Assembly: GCA_963695855.1 (NCBI GenBank)
Contig: CAVOHZ010000008.1
Coordinates: 32,001-96,000, forward strand
From: an uncultured Nitrososphaerales archaeon
GTDB lineage: Archaea; Thermoproteota; Nitrososphaeria; Nitrososphaerales; Nitrososphaeraceae
Reading direction: 5' to 3'
DNA: 64,000 nucleotides
Position 1 is the first letter of the stretch. Each line of letters opens with the position of its first letter. Positions 10,838 to 20,654 of this stretch are shown here, piece by piece. Position numbers and translations under genes: made by a program. The notes below the pieces were generated by a model, which saw only the letters and a list, made by a program, of their open reading frames with translations, did not search any database and was not told the DNA's origin.

Positions 10838-11215
10838 AAACAATTTATTATTTTAACTATAGGTTTATCAATAATCATAATAATAGGTTTATTTTTTATT
10901 TTAAAAGAACAAGATAAAAAACCATACTCATTAGAAATTGACGCTATTAAAGATAAAACCGATATTTCAGGTACTATGTACAGAGTCAAAGCAACCAATA
11001 CAGGAACCAATCCTCTTACAGAACTAAAAGTAAATTTGGGAAAAGGCGATATTCAAAACATGGATTTACTGGAATCAGGACAATCATTTTTCTTTTATCC
11101 TAAACCAGACACTAATACAATTATTGTAAAAGTTACAACTAGCGAGAGAATAGAAAAAGAGAGTAATTGCCGTTCTCCATTAAAAGGATTAGGATTACCA
11201 GGGAGTGGCAGATAA
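10838..11215 (+). CDS. Membrane-anchored small protein, 5' start disrupted
   Basis: The frame of ORF 10976-11215 extends upstream through KQFIILTIGLSIIIIGLFFIL (a TM anchor) to a TGA; a TTG lies one base out of frame. Confidence 0.5.
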   Translation, partial: KQFIILTIGLSIIIIIGLFFILKEQDKKPYSLEIDAIKDKTDISGTMYRVKATNTGTNPLTELKVNLGKGDIQNMDLLESGQSFFFYPKPDTNTIIVKVTTSERIEKESNCRSPLKGLGLPGSGR

Positions 11216-11256
11216 TAAAAGCTAAATACTATGTATTAGAACCCTACTACATGGAC
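11212..11256 (+). repeat. Dispersed intergenic repeat copy 6 (variant A)
   Basis: ATAATAAAAGCTAAATACTATGTATTAGAACCCTACTACATGGAC. Confidence 0.75.
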
Positions 11257-11368
11257 AATTGCAAGACCAAATGATAGCTCTTTCAAGAATATTATTATTT
11301 CAAATGTTATGCATTAGTTTCTAACATTTCTAAAAAACTCTTATTAATTATATTGATAGAATAAGCTC

Positions 11369-11551
11369 ATGTTTCAACACCATGATGAACATGAATTCAA
11401 AAAAATTATCGATGAATTTATTCTATCTTCATCAAATAATGAAACAATAAAAAATATAGATTTTGAAGCATACAAATTCGGAATTTCTTTTTATAAAATG
11501 ATGTTCATATTAATCCAAAAAGATGCTCTCCATAATAGAAAATCTCAGTAA
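11369..11551 (+). CDS. Small hypothetical protein (60 aa)
   Basis: ATG ORF with a TATA-like box upstream. Confidence 0.5.
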   Translation: MFQHHDEHEFKKIIDEFILSSSNNETIKNIDFEAYKFGISFYKMMFILIQKDALHNRKSQ

Positions 11552-11595
11552 GATAAATGACAAACTATTAAACGGATTTTGATTTTTATATTTTA

Positions 11596-11687
11596 ATTAA
11601 GTTTCTAATAATAAAAGCTAAATACAGGATACTACTATCTTTACATTGGACTCCCTTTTTAGAACCGCTATCGGTGTTACTCCCGAC
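11596..11687 (+). repeat. Dispersed intergenic repeat copy 7 (variant B, complete)
   Basis: ATTAAGTTTCT-AATAAT-AAAAGCTAAAT...TACATTGGACTCCCTTTTTAGAACCGCTATCGGTGTTACTCCCGAC. Confidence 0.8.
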
Positions 11688-11908
11688 GGGCCCGTACTTT
11701 TCTAGGGACCACCATATATTCGTAGATTAAGATAATATTATTCGATCAAAATATGTATTAGAAAATAGGTGAGAAAGAGATTTCATTTTCTACTTAAACA
11801 TTATTTTCTATTCTTCTTATTGTCAATAATTCAGAATGATAGAATATTACAAGATCAGATAATGTTCCTTCTAGCCATAGATATATTAAATTCGTATTTA
11901 ACAATGTA

Positions 11909-12085
11909 ATGAGCGATAGTAACATTATGAATGTAGGAAAAGAAACTAAATGTCCTATTTGTATAAAGAAATTCATTGAACATTCAGAGTTACAGGACAA
12001 AATATGCAAAATGATCACAATAATGCAATTTGCAAATATCTCTCCAGGTTTCGATGTTCAACATAGACCTTTCTTTGAAGATTAA
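11909..12085 (+). CDS. 58-aa Zn-binding microprotein (not in the ORF track)
   Basis: MSDSNIMNVGKETKCPICIKKFIEHSELQDKICK...: C-x2-C-x6-H-x7-C, behind the duplicated promoter. Confidence 0.65.
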   Translation: MSDSNIMNVGKETKCPICIKKFIEHSELQDKICKMITIMQFANISPGFDVQHRPFFED

Positions 12086-12161
12086 ATATCTATAATTCTT
12101 CAATTTTAGTTTCTATCTGTTTCTTTAGTATGAACTGCACAAACCAGTGAATGCAGATAAC

Positions 12162-12184
12162 GGGTTCAAATCCCATCCCTTCCA
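12162..12184 (+). repeat. tRNA 3'-end (T-arm/acceptor) remnant
   Basis: GGGTTCAAATCCCATCCCTTCCA with no matching 5' tRNA half. Confidence 0.55.
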
Positions 12185-12384
12185 TGCTAGTCATGCTGAT
12201 ATTATTTCTTATCTTGGGTCTTTCGTGGACCTGTATTGGTTGCTGTAATGCTAGGATTTCACTTTCCACCTAAATATCATTTTCTATTCTTCTTATAGTC
12301 AATAATTCAGCATGATAAAATATTACAAGATTAGATAATGTTCCTTCTAACCTTAGATATATTAAATTCGCATTTAACAATATA

Positions 12385-13098
12385 ATGAGCAATAACAACA
12401 ATAGAATGATAGTTTTTGCTTCTATATTGGGAGCAATACTGGCAACAATTATGCTCGCTCTAAACCCATCAACAATTACATACGCAGGTGCACAAATGTA
12501 CGGAGACCACCAGTACGGATATGATAATAACCATGAAAAAAAGAGTTCTCATACAGATATCCAGAAAATATCCTGTGTAAACAGTAACATAAATGTAAAT
12601 GGTATAGATATTACCCAAATACCTGAAGACACTACTGCTACTGCAGCAGCAAATGAAGAAGCAGGTCCAGACGCAGCAAATACACAAAATGGAAATGGCT
12701 TCGATAAAATAAACTTCGACAGAAACCTGGTAAATATATGTGTAAATGTTAATTTGAATGAGCAACTAAGAAATGTTCGAACATGTGAAAGTTGCTTTAC
12801 AACAGTCCTAAGTCAAAACGAATTAAATGATTTAATACGAGCCATAACAGAAGATGGTGGTCCACTTTCATTACAAGAACTTTGTGACTTTATTGCTGGC
12901 AATCTAGACGAGGAAGGTCGTGCATTCATAAGTGAAAGACTATTCACGCTAGGTGGTAGTGTAGGAATATCAGCAGATAAAATTAATGAGATCTTGGATT
13001 GTCTTGAGGAAGTATTTGGTGGTGATTTTCCAAGAGATATTAATGGCGGCACTTTACAGTCACAACAGATGAATTGGAAATCTATAGGTAATAATTGA
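12385..13098 (+). CDS. Secreted hypothetical protein (multicopy Nitrososphaeraceae-type family)
   Basis: Signal peptide; IQKISCVNSNINVNGIDITQIP block and Cys-containing helical C-terminus. Confidence 0.8.
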   Translation: MSNNNNRMIVFASILGAILATIMLALNPSTITYAGAQMYGDHQYGYDNNHEKKSSHTDIQKISCVNSNINVNGIDITQIPEDTTATAAANEEAGPDAANTQNGNGFDKINFDRNLVNICVNVNLNEQLRNVRTCESCFTTVLSQNELNDLIRAITEDGGPLSLQELCDFIAGNLDEEGRAFISERLFTLGGSVGISADKINEILDCLEEVFGGDFPRDINGGTLQSQQMNWKSIGNN

Positions 13099-13350
13099 GT
13101 TATTACCCGATCAATAATATCCTTTTTATTTTTTTCCTTTTTTTCTTTTTTTTAAATATAAATTAATTAGTCAAAATATTTTGGACCGTCATTCTGTTCA
13201 TAAAACTTTACCAGATTAACTAACCGCTGTCGTTGTAAAGGATTTCTATTTTATTATTTTCTTCATAGAAATCCATAAACCTGTTTAATTCGTCGTCGTA
13301 ACATTCGTTATCCCTACTTTTCATTTTTAACCTGGAAACTGTCTTCCTAC

Positions 13351-13441
13351 GTCGGGAGTAATACCGATAGCGGTGCAAAAATAAGAGTCTATGTTAGAGA
13401 TACTACTACTATGTATTTAATTTTATCATGGAAACATAAAT
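13351..13441 (-). repeat. Dispersed intergenic repeat copy 8 (variant B, inverted)
   Basis: Reverse strand: CATGATAAAATTAAATAC...TATCTCTAACATAGACTCTTATTTTTGCACCGCTATCGGTATTACTCCCGAC. Confidence 0.8.
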
Positions 13442-13783
13442 GATTTTAAAATTCAGAATCCATAATTTTTTTCATCTTTTACAGATTATAGTACTAGAAA
13501 AATAGATTAATCTGAATTATCTTATTCCTATTAATAGTATATGAACCCAATTCGTCAACTGGCTCAGACGATAGTTAACTGTTGATTTTGACACAAATTT
13601 GTATTTCAATAATAGCTTAAATTCCAGATAAAGAAAGAAACTTTTTTATTTGAAATATTAATAAATAAATCAATAAACTAGAAAATATAGAATATTAAAA
13701 CAATAATTATGAATGAGGAATTGGAGTTCTAATTATAACTGGTTCTATTACTCAATTAAAACCCCAGAGATTCAACAGAACTT

Positions 13784-15139
13784 TTGATAAGAATATTTTT
13801 AAACTACGTATATTTTTTAATATTATTAGTGTTTGACTTATCTCTTCAACAACTAACAAAGCAACAAAAGGTTATACTTACTGGATCGTGGCTTGGATGG
13901 GCTCTTGATGGATATGATCTTGTTTTAATGCTTTTTGTAATATCATCAATAAATCAATTATTTTTTCCTTCTAACGATCCATCTTTGAGTCTATTAGCCA
14001 CCTTTGGGACATATGTAGTAACACTAATAATGAGACCTGTTGGTGGAGCATTCTTTGGAAACTTTGGTGATAAACATGGAAGAAAAAAAGCTATGATAAT
14101 AACAATCACAGGTTTTTCTTTAATAACTTTCTTGACAGGTTTATTGCCAACCTGGCAGTCTGTAGGACTTTTGGCACCAATTTTATTGATAATAATTAGA
14201 TTCGCACAGGGCTTTTTCGCTGGTGGCGAATGGGGTAGTGGAGCGGTAATCAGTATGGAATCTTCACCAAAACCTATGCGAGGGCTTCTTTCAGGATTTG
14301 TACAAAGCGGCTTTACATTTGGTTTCCTTCTTGCATCAATTTCATTTAGACTCACCAACTTTGCATTCCCAGGCGATGAATTTATGGAGATGGGTTGGAG
14401 AGTACTATTCTTTACAGGTATAATACCAGGACTAGTGGCATTGTTTGTAAGATTAAAAATGGATGAATCACAGATATGGATCAAGAAAGTAAAAGAAAAG
14501 AAGATTGCTAGACTTCCTTTAAAAAATGTTTTATCTAATAAAGATAATAGAAGACGCTTTTTTTTATCTTTGATAGTCATGACTGGTCTTATGTTTTCTT
14601 ATTATATTTCTATAGGTTTTATGCCTACTTTATTAGAAAAGTACGTAAAATTAGAAAGACAGGAAGTGGCAAATATCATGGTTGTTACTGTAATATTTTC
14701 CTTAATAGGTCATTTATTTACAGGTTTTATTAGTCAATACATTGGTAGATTAAAAATATTAACAATATTTGGTATCGCATCATTAATAGTTGCTATACCT
14801 TCATTGAATGGGATCTTTACTGCATCAAATAGTTTTGAGATTGCTCTTTACTCTTCTTTGTTTGTTTTCTTTGTATCTAGTGGATTTGGACCGATGCCTG
14901 CGTTTTTATCAGAAAGATTTCCTACTGAGATTAGAAATAGCGCAGCAGGGTTCGTTTATAATGGCGGACTATTGATAGGTTCATGGGCACCACTATTCGC
15001 AATTACTTTGTTATCGTATTTTGAAAAATATAATATTACTCTATATTATGCTGTTGCTATAAATGTTATAATAGCTTCTATTATCCTTATAATAGGTTCT
15101 AGGGTTAATCCAGATACCAGACATGTAGATCTTGGATAA
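13784..15139 (+). CDS. MFS transporter (metabolite:H+ symporter-like)
   Basis: GWALDGYD, RPVGGAFFGNFGDKHGRK, GGEWGSG, ERFPTEIR; about 12 TMs. True start may be slightly downstream. Confidence 0.92.
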   Translation: MIRIFLNYVYFLILLVFDLSLQQLTKQQKVILTGSWLGWALDGYDLVLMLFVISSINQLFFPSNDPSLSLLATFGTYVVTLIMRPVGGAFFGNFGDKHGRKKAMIITITGFSLITFLTGLLPTWQSVGLLAPILLIIIRFAQGFFAGGEWGSGAVISMESSPKPMRGLLSGFVQSGFTFGFLLASISFRLTNFAFPGDEFMEMGWRVLFFTGIIPGLVALFVRLKMDESQIWIKKVKEKKIARLPLKNVLSNKDNRRRFFLSLIVMTGLMFSYYISIGFMPTLLEKYVKLERQEVANIMVVTVIFSLIGHLFTGFISQYIGRLKILTIFGIASLIVAIPSLNGIFTASNSFEIALYSSLFVFFVSSGFGPMPAFLSERFPTEIRNSAAGFVYNGGLLIGSWAPLFAITLLSYFEKYNITLYYAVAINVIIASIILIIGSRVNPDTRHVDLG

Positions 15140-15375
15140 TTAATAAAAAATTGAGTTTGTTTTTTAACTCCTTATCCTCTTCAAAATATAGATTTTTCAG
15201 TTAATACAGTTAAAGCTTTAATAAAAGAAGGAGAATTTAAAGCTATGAAAATTCTTACAAGGTATAACCAATGAAATTTACAACATCTTGTATCGTTCAC
15301 AGTGGGATGCAAAACAAATTTGACTAAATTTTTGGCCTCACTTTTGAAAATGTGTAATATTCAAACTTAATATAC

Positions 15376-15840
15376 TTATTTTATTACATTAATATTTAAC
15401 CTAACAAAGTCTAATTTCCATTGTAATTCTTTTGCATTAGTTTCAATTTCCTGTACTACTGATTTAGCAAACTTCTCTTTTAGCTTGTCATTAGGTAAAA
15501 ATTTTAGATAGGGTATTAGAACAATTGTTTTTATGAAAAGAAGATATTCTTCTTTGTTACTAAATTTAGCATCTTTATCTTCCAGAAAGACTTGGATATT
15601 CCTAAAACCTATTTCTTGTAATCTTCTTTCTGTATCTTCTTTTTTGGCAAAATACCATGTTTGATTCCAAATATCTTCTCCTTTATTGTTGCTAAAATAA
15701 TTATAAAATTCCTTTTCCTTGCTAACTTTATTGAGAATGGATAGAGTCTTTGTAAGATCTCTATGTCCACCACATTGAATTAATAGTTGACCTTCAGGGT
15801 TTAGAATTTGCCAGAAGCGTTCAAAAACTTTTTTAAAATA
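15376..15840 (-). pseudogene. 5'-truncated class I SAM methyltransferase (trans-aconitate methyltransferase-like C-terminal half)
   Basis: Startless frame KKVFERFWQILNPEGQLLIQCGG...WYFAKKEDTERRLQEIGF...LDFVRLNINVIK*. Confidence 0.65.
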
Positions 15841-16440
15841 TAAAAATCAATATCAAACTTAAATATCCTTTCTGTGTATATAATAGTATGTTTTGTAATA
15901 TATTCAGTAAACTATTTGGAAAAAAGGAAAAAAAATTAGATAAAATAGATGATAAAAAGCCAGTAGAAAACGCATAGAATTATGCAAATGGATTCTTTCT
16001 ATAGAATGTTTTGTTTGTGATTTACCTGAAACTGCAAGAACTATAGACTTTTCAATCAATCGTTGTACGGAGTCTAAAATCTCCTCATCACTAAGTCCAG
16101 TCCTCTCTTTTAATATGCTATTCTATTTTGTTCATGGACTATTTCGTTTTTGTTAAGAAATTAATTATAGACGTGTTGGTCTTGTGCTTCTGTGGCTTTG
16201 GCTTCCATACCTTAAAATCCTTACGCCTTTGCCTTTAAAAAAACTTATCAAAAATATTTTTTCCTAGAGCAGTCAATTATTAGCGCCTCCTGTTGCATTA
16301 ACCTCTAACTTACTAAGTGTTAACCTATTTCTATCATACATTATAATATTTCTCCTTTATTGTAAAAAAAGTCAAAATATATGGAATTTGTCAGCTCTGA
16401 CGATATGAAAATCTTCTAGTATATTCCATTACTGTATGTT

Positions 16441-16600
16441 GGCTAGGTTCAAACTTAACATACTCCGTATGAGAGTGAGGCTCTGACTGAACCGTATCTT
16501 ATGAATGAATGAATGAGTGGCTATCATAGTACCCTTAGAGGGTGAATGGATGTTTGCCACCTGTTAGCCAACAACAAGAACTAAAAAAGAAGGTGAATGA
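16441..16600 (+). ncRNA. Putative bridge/seek RNA of the IS110 element
   Basis: Two stem/internal-loop modules (GGTTCA/TGAACC; GTGGC/GCCAC with an ACCCT/AGGGT hairpin) and segments matching the reconstituted target and donor junction. Confidence 0.6.
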
Positions 16601-16609
16601 AAAAGAAAA

Positions 16610-17680
16610 TTGAATCATCTTGGAATAGATGTCGGAAAAAGAATATGCAGAGTAGCACTAAAAGATGACATGGGAAAGATACAGGATGAATTCTTCTTTG
16701 GTAACAATTCTCAGGGAATATTAGAATTGATTAAAAGGACACAGAATTATAGAACAAAAAAATGTAATGCAGTACTGGAATCTACCGGTAACATGTGGAT
16801 GAGAATACATGATACACTGGAAGATAATGGAATAGATACTATACTTGCCAATCCATACAAGACAAAGATAATAGTACAAGCAAAGATAAAATCAGATAAA
16901 CTTGATGCTTCTATATTATCTGATCTGCTGAGAACTGGATTGGTATACGAATCATATGTACCTGTAAAGGAATTCAGAGAAAAAAGGAGTCTGGTCAGAC
17001 ACAGGATAGTATTATCCAGAACCAAAACAAAACTAGCAAACAAGGTTCATGCTATTTTAGACAAATATGAATACAGAACAGAACTGGCAGATATATTTGG
17101 AAAATCTGGAATTGAGTGGCTGAAATCACTGTCTGTTTCACCAATAGACAAAATAATACTGAATACGACACTAACATCAATAGAATCTATAGCTAACCAG
17201 ATAGAAATAGTATCAAAAGAGATAGCAAGATATGCCTGGCAAGATAGTCAAGATGTAAAGTTACTTCTAAGTATTACAGGTATAGACATATTTTCTGCAA
17301 TGCTGATATCAACAGAGATAGTTGATATCACTAGATTCTCTACACCATGGAAACTTGTTAGTTATGCAGGATTGGCACCATCTACAAGAGAGTCATCTGG
17401 AAAAATAAAAACAGGTAGAATAACAAAACAAGGTTCTCCATTGCTGAGATGGATACTAGTACAGTGTTCATTATCTGCCATCAGACATGACCATCATATG
17501 AGAACATTCTATGAAAGAATCAAACAGAGAAAGGGGCATGGAAAAGCAATAGTTGCGACAGCAAAAGAAATGCTTGTTGTAATATGGTACATGCTAACAA
17601 GACACCAATTGTATAGATACATGAACAAGACTAGATATGAGGAGAAACTAGAAAGACTGAAGAAGATCGGATCTCAATAA
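16610..17680 (+). CDS. IS110 family DEDD recombinase/transposase
   Basis: GIDVGK, LESTG, KSDKLDA and SYAGLAPSTRESSG...ITKQGSPLLR. Confidence 0.95.
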   Translation: MNHLGIDVGKRICRVALKDDMGKIQDEFFFGNNSQGILELIKRTQNYRTKKCNAVLESTGNMWMRIHDTLEDNGIDTILANPYKTKIIVQAKIKSDKLDASILSDLLRTGLVYESYVPVKEFREKRSLVRHRIVLSRTKTKLANKVHAILDKYEYRTELADIFGKSGIEWLKSLSVSPIDKIILNTTLTSIESIANQIEIVSKEIARYAWQDSQDVKLLLSITGIDIFSAMLISTEIVDITRFSTPWKLVSYAGLAPSTRESSGKIKTGRITKQGSPLLRWILVQCSLSAIRHDHHMRTFYERIKQRKGHGKAIVATAKEMLVVIWYMLTRHQLYRYMNKTRYEEKLERLKKIGSQ

Positions 17681-17937
17681 AGTAAAGGTAATTAGACAAC
17701 AAAAAGACAATGAGCTCTGAGAATAGGAACGTCATATATAGCGGAGGCTATTGTTGACAATGCTTAATAGATAGAAAGACATAACAAAATAAGGCTGAAC
17801 AGGATACAAAAGATAACCAGCATACATGTAGATTTTCATGGATGTTAAGTTAAGGAAAATTTATGAAATAAATTGAAAAATTCTTTTGAAATTGAGCACA
17901 GAACATAATATAAAAGTAGAATATACACATTATTTTA

Positions 17938-18864
17938 GGTAATACCTGTACATTTGGAGCAAAAAATAAACACATGATATGTTATTTTATACATATTTGT
18001 GCGTAAATATGATCCAATAGACCTAGCATCAAGCGATAAGAAAAGTAGTATATATTTTCGTAATCTTAGATGGAATGGAAAAAGAATATGTCCTAGATGT
18101 AGGTATAGACTTCTATATTATCTGAAATCAAATAGGTATGGCTGTAAACGTTGCAGATATAATTTTAGTGAATTTACAGGTACATATCTCGGACAGATAC
18201 GAACATCGCTTAGCAATATCATACACTTACTTTATCTATTTACATTAGGAGTACCTGCATATAGAATTAGATTTTATGTATCATGTGATCTATCAACAAT
18301 AGAAAGAACATTTCGATTATTTAGACAAACGATATATGATAAATCGCTACAACAACTACATGAATTAAAGTTATCTGGTGAGATTGAAATTGATGAAGCG
18401 TTATTTGGTGGTTATAGAAAAGGTGGCAAGAGAGGATGGGGTGTAATTGAGCACAAAAATCTGGTATTTGGTATCTACAAGAGAAATGGAATTGTTATTA
18501 CATTTCCAGTATCTGATAGAAAACATGAGACACTTATTCCCTTGATAAAACAATATACCAAGAAAGGATCGTTGTACTATTCTGATGACCATACTGCATA
18601 TGCAATGTTGAATATGATTGGAAAACATCAAGTCGTTGCACATGGAAGAGATGAATATGTAAGAGAAGATACCCATATTAATAGAATTGAAGGATTCTGG
18701 AGTTATGCCAAGACATGGTTGTATCATTACAGGGGAGTACCTAAACAGTATTTTCATGTATATCTAAAAGAGATAGAATTCAGATTCAATAACAGGGAGA
18801 AGGATATTTTCTATGAATTATCAAAATTAATGATAAAATCTGCTCCAACTATGTAGGTATTACC
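17938..18864 (+). mobile_element. IS1595-family insertion sequence
   Basis: 24-bp imperfect IRs GGTAATACCT...TTGGAGCA at 17938-17961 and 18841-18864; no TSD evident. Confidence 0.85.
17999..18856 (+). CDS. IS1595 family transposase
   Basis: Zn ribbon CPRC...CKRC, EIDE, SDD, HINRIEGFWS, YLKEIEFRFN. Confidence 0.93.
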   Translation: MRKYDPIDLASSDKKSSIYFRNLRWNGKRICPRCRYRLLYYLKSNRYGCKRCRYNFSEFTGTYLGQIRTSLSNIIHLLYLFTLGVPAYRIRFYVSCDLSTIERTFRLFRQTIYDKSLQQLHELKLSGEIEIDEALFGGYRKGGKRGWGVIEHKNLVFGIYKRNGIVITFPVSDRKHETLIPLIKQYTKKGSLYYSDDHTAYAMLNMIGKHQVVAHGRDEYVREDTHINRIEGFWSYAKTWLYHYRGVPKQYFHVYLKEIEFRFNNREKDIFYELSKLMIKSAPTM

Positions 18865-19059
18865 TTTAACAATACATGGTAATAGATATATAATATTATA
18901 AAAATTAAATGGAGGAGGTGGGATTTGAAGGCTCTGTTCGAATCCTGTTTTTTGGATGCATAAATGGGTGATGACATCAATAACTAATTAATATTACTTT
19001 TTATGGTTCTGTAAACTTCCCGTCAGATTTCTAATGTGTAAAAAATCGTCGGATAAATT

Positions 19060-19272
19060 TTACTTTTTATTAATATGAATTATTTTATTATTTATAGATG
19101 GATTTCCAGATACTAATGCTACTTCATTTTTATCATTAACTACAAATTTTATAGATTCAGGATTGCCTAACATTTCTATAATCGGTTTTGGGATGGAACT
19201 AGAATAACCTCTCTTCTCTACGTAATTAACACCTACTTCAAATTCTTTAGTGTCTTTTTTCCATTTAGGCAT
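19060..19272 (-). CDS. Small AbrB/MazE-like DNA-binding protein, divergent from the transposase
   Basis: SIPKPIIEMLGNPESIKFVV fits the swapped-hairpin IP..I...LG pattern. Confidence 0.7.
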   Translation of the reverse strand: MPKWKKDTKEFEVGVNYVEKRGYSSSIPKPIIEMLGNPESIKFVVNDKNEVALVSGNPSINNKIIHINKK

Positions 19273-19280
19273 AATATATT

Positions 19281-19372
19281 ATATACGTAGATATTATTTT
19301 AATGTACCTCGATTATCTACGTTGATAAACGATATATTTATATATCTACGTAGATATATTAACTACGTAGAT
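19281..19372. promoter_or_regulatory. Four palindromic operator-like sites (ATCTACGTAGAT consensus)
   Basis: Copies at 19281, 19315, 19344 (perfect, extends to TATATCTACGTAGATATA) and 19361. Confidence 0.75.
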
Positions 19373-19374
19373 AA

Positions 19375-20493
19375 ATGAGCAAACAGTTAGTAAATCGTGA
19401 AGAATTGGGAAAACAGTTACAAAATCATGTCCAGAGAATTGATGATAAAACTTACTGTATCAAGTCATTAACATCTAACAAAATTTATGAAATTGTTTCT
19501 ACTCAATTAGGATTTGTTTGCTCATGTCCAGACCATATGTTTAGAGGAATAAAATGTAAGCATATTATAGCTACTGAATTAAGTCTCAAAATAAGAGAAC
19601 AGGTTAAGAAAAGAATTATTGAACCAATTGTAAATATTGGCAAGTGTATTTATTGTAAATCTTCTCAAATTATTAAAGATGGTATAAGACATAACAAATA
19701 CGGAGATATTCAGAAATTCAACTGCAAAGATTGCAGAAAATATTTTACAATCAATATTGGCTTTGAAAGAATGAAACACAATCCACAAGGAATTACTACT
19801 GCAATGCAGTTATACTTTAGTGGAGACTCATTAAGGAATACTGCTAAATCTTTAGAGTTATTAGGAGTAAATGTAAGCCATCAAACTATCTACAATTGGA
19901 TTGAAAAATATACTCGACTAATGGACAAATATTTAGAGAGTTTAATTCCAGATGTTTCTAATGCTTGGCGAACGGATGAATTATACTTGAAAGTGAAAGG
20001 AAATAACAAATATTTGTATGCTTTGATGGATGATGAAACTCGTTTCTGGATTGCTCAACAGGTAGGAAATACCAAATATACAGAAGATATAAAACCACTT
20101 TTGCAGAAAGGAAAAGTACTAACAGGTAAAAGACCATTATCATTTATCAGTGACGGAGCAAAAAACTTTCATCAAGCATACAAGAAAGAATTTTTCACAA
20201 TAAATAATCCTCGAACTAAACATATTTCCCATATCAGGTTACAAGGAGACCATAACAATAACAAGATGGAAAGATTAAACGGAGAAATTAGAGATAGAGA
20301 AAAAACCATGAGAGGTTTGAAAAAATGCAATTCTCCTATATTGAAAGGCTACCAAATCTATCATAACTACATTAGAGAACATGAAGGTTTAAACGGAAAA
20401 ACACCAGCAGAAAAATGCGGGATAAAAATTGAAGGTAATGACAAATGGCTTACGATTATTCAAAATGCCGAGAAGGAGCTAAGAAATGAGTAA
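19375..20493 (+). CDS. IS6-family DDE transposase with N-terminal SWIM and Zn-ribbon domains
   Basis: CSCPD..RGIKCKH (SWIM), CIYC...CKDC, HTH (SHQTIYNW), WRTDE, ISDG, NNKMERLNGEIR, HEGLNGKTPAE. Confidence 0.92.
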   Translation: MSKQLVNREELGKQLQNHVQRIDDKTYCIKSLTSNKIYEIVSTQLGFVCSCPDHMFRGIKCKHIIATELSLKIREQVKKRIIEPIVNIGKCIYCKSSQIIKDGIRHNKYGDIQKFNCKDCRKYFTINIGFERMKHNPQGITTAMQLYFSGDSLRNTAKSLELLGVNVSHQTIYNWIEKYTRLMDKYLESLIPDVSNAWRTDELYLKVKGNNKYLYALMDDETRFWIAQQVGNTKYTEDIKPLLQKGKVLTGKRPLSFISDGAKNFHQAYKKEFFTINNPRTKHISHIRLQGDHNNNKMERLNGEIRDREKTMRGLKKCNSPILKGYQIYHNYIREHEGLNGKTPAEKCGIKIEGNDKWLTIIQNAEKELRNE

Positions 20494-20654
20494 AGATAAT
20501 TGTGACATTATAAATCTTGGTCGTTGGTTTCTAGATTTAATTTCTGAAATAATGGATTGTAATTGTAAAAAATAATCGAAAAAGCTAAAGCTAAGTAATT
20601 TTATTATTATTTAGATTTGATTATCAATAAGTATAGCTTGGTATATTCTGAAAT

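Larger units (their letters stand above)
11779..12390 (+). repeat. 136-bp direct repeat of promoter and start region (11779-11914, 12255-12390)
   Basis: Colinear, highly similar blocks offset by 476 bp, both ending in ATGAGC. Confidence 0.85.
16436..17846 (+). mobile_element. IS110-family insertion sequence, complete
   Basis: Bounded by ATGTT at 16436-16440 and 17842-17846; no terminal IRs; boundaries corroborated by guide matches in the leader. Confidence 0.8.

Noticed and set aside
12100-12184. Possible full tRNA gene
   Set aside because: Only the T-arm and 3' acceptor are present; no D-arm or anticodon arm.
1991-13441. Dispersed repeat read as a CRISPR array or canonical integron attC sites
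   Set aside because: Spacing is irregular (hundreds of bp to kb), there are no GTTRRRY/RYYYAAC boxes, and no IntI or cas gene is in the window.
13954-14580. 208-aa antisense ORF, and similar shadow ORFs within the sulfatase, metH, trp and ABC genes
   Set aside because: Fully overlap well-supported genes and carry no motifs.
15980-16340. Possible degraded HTH gene on the minus strand (ERTGLSDEEILDSVQRLIEK)
   Set aside because: Multiple stops and shifts; the family cannot be supported without a search.
17930-18872. Target-site duplication for IS1595
   Set aside because: The flanks TTATTTTA and TTTAACAA do not match.
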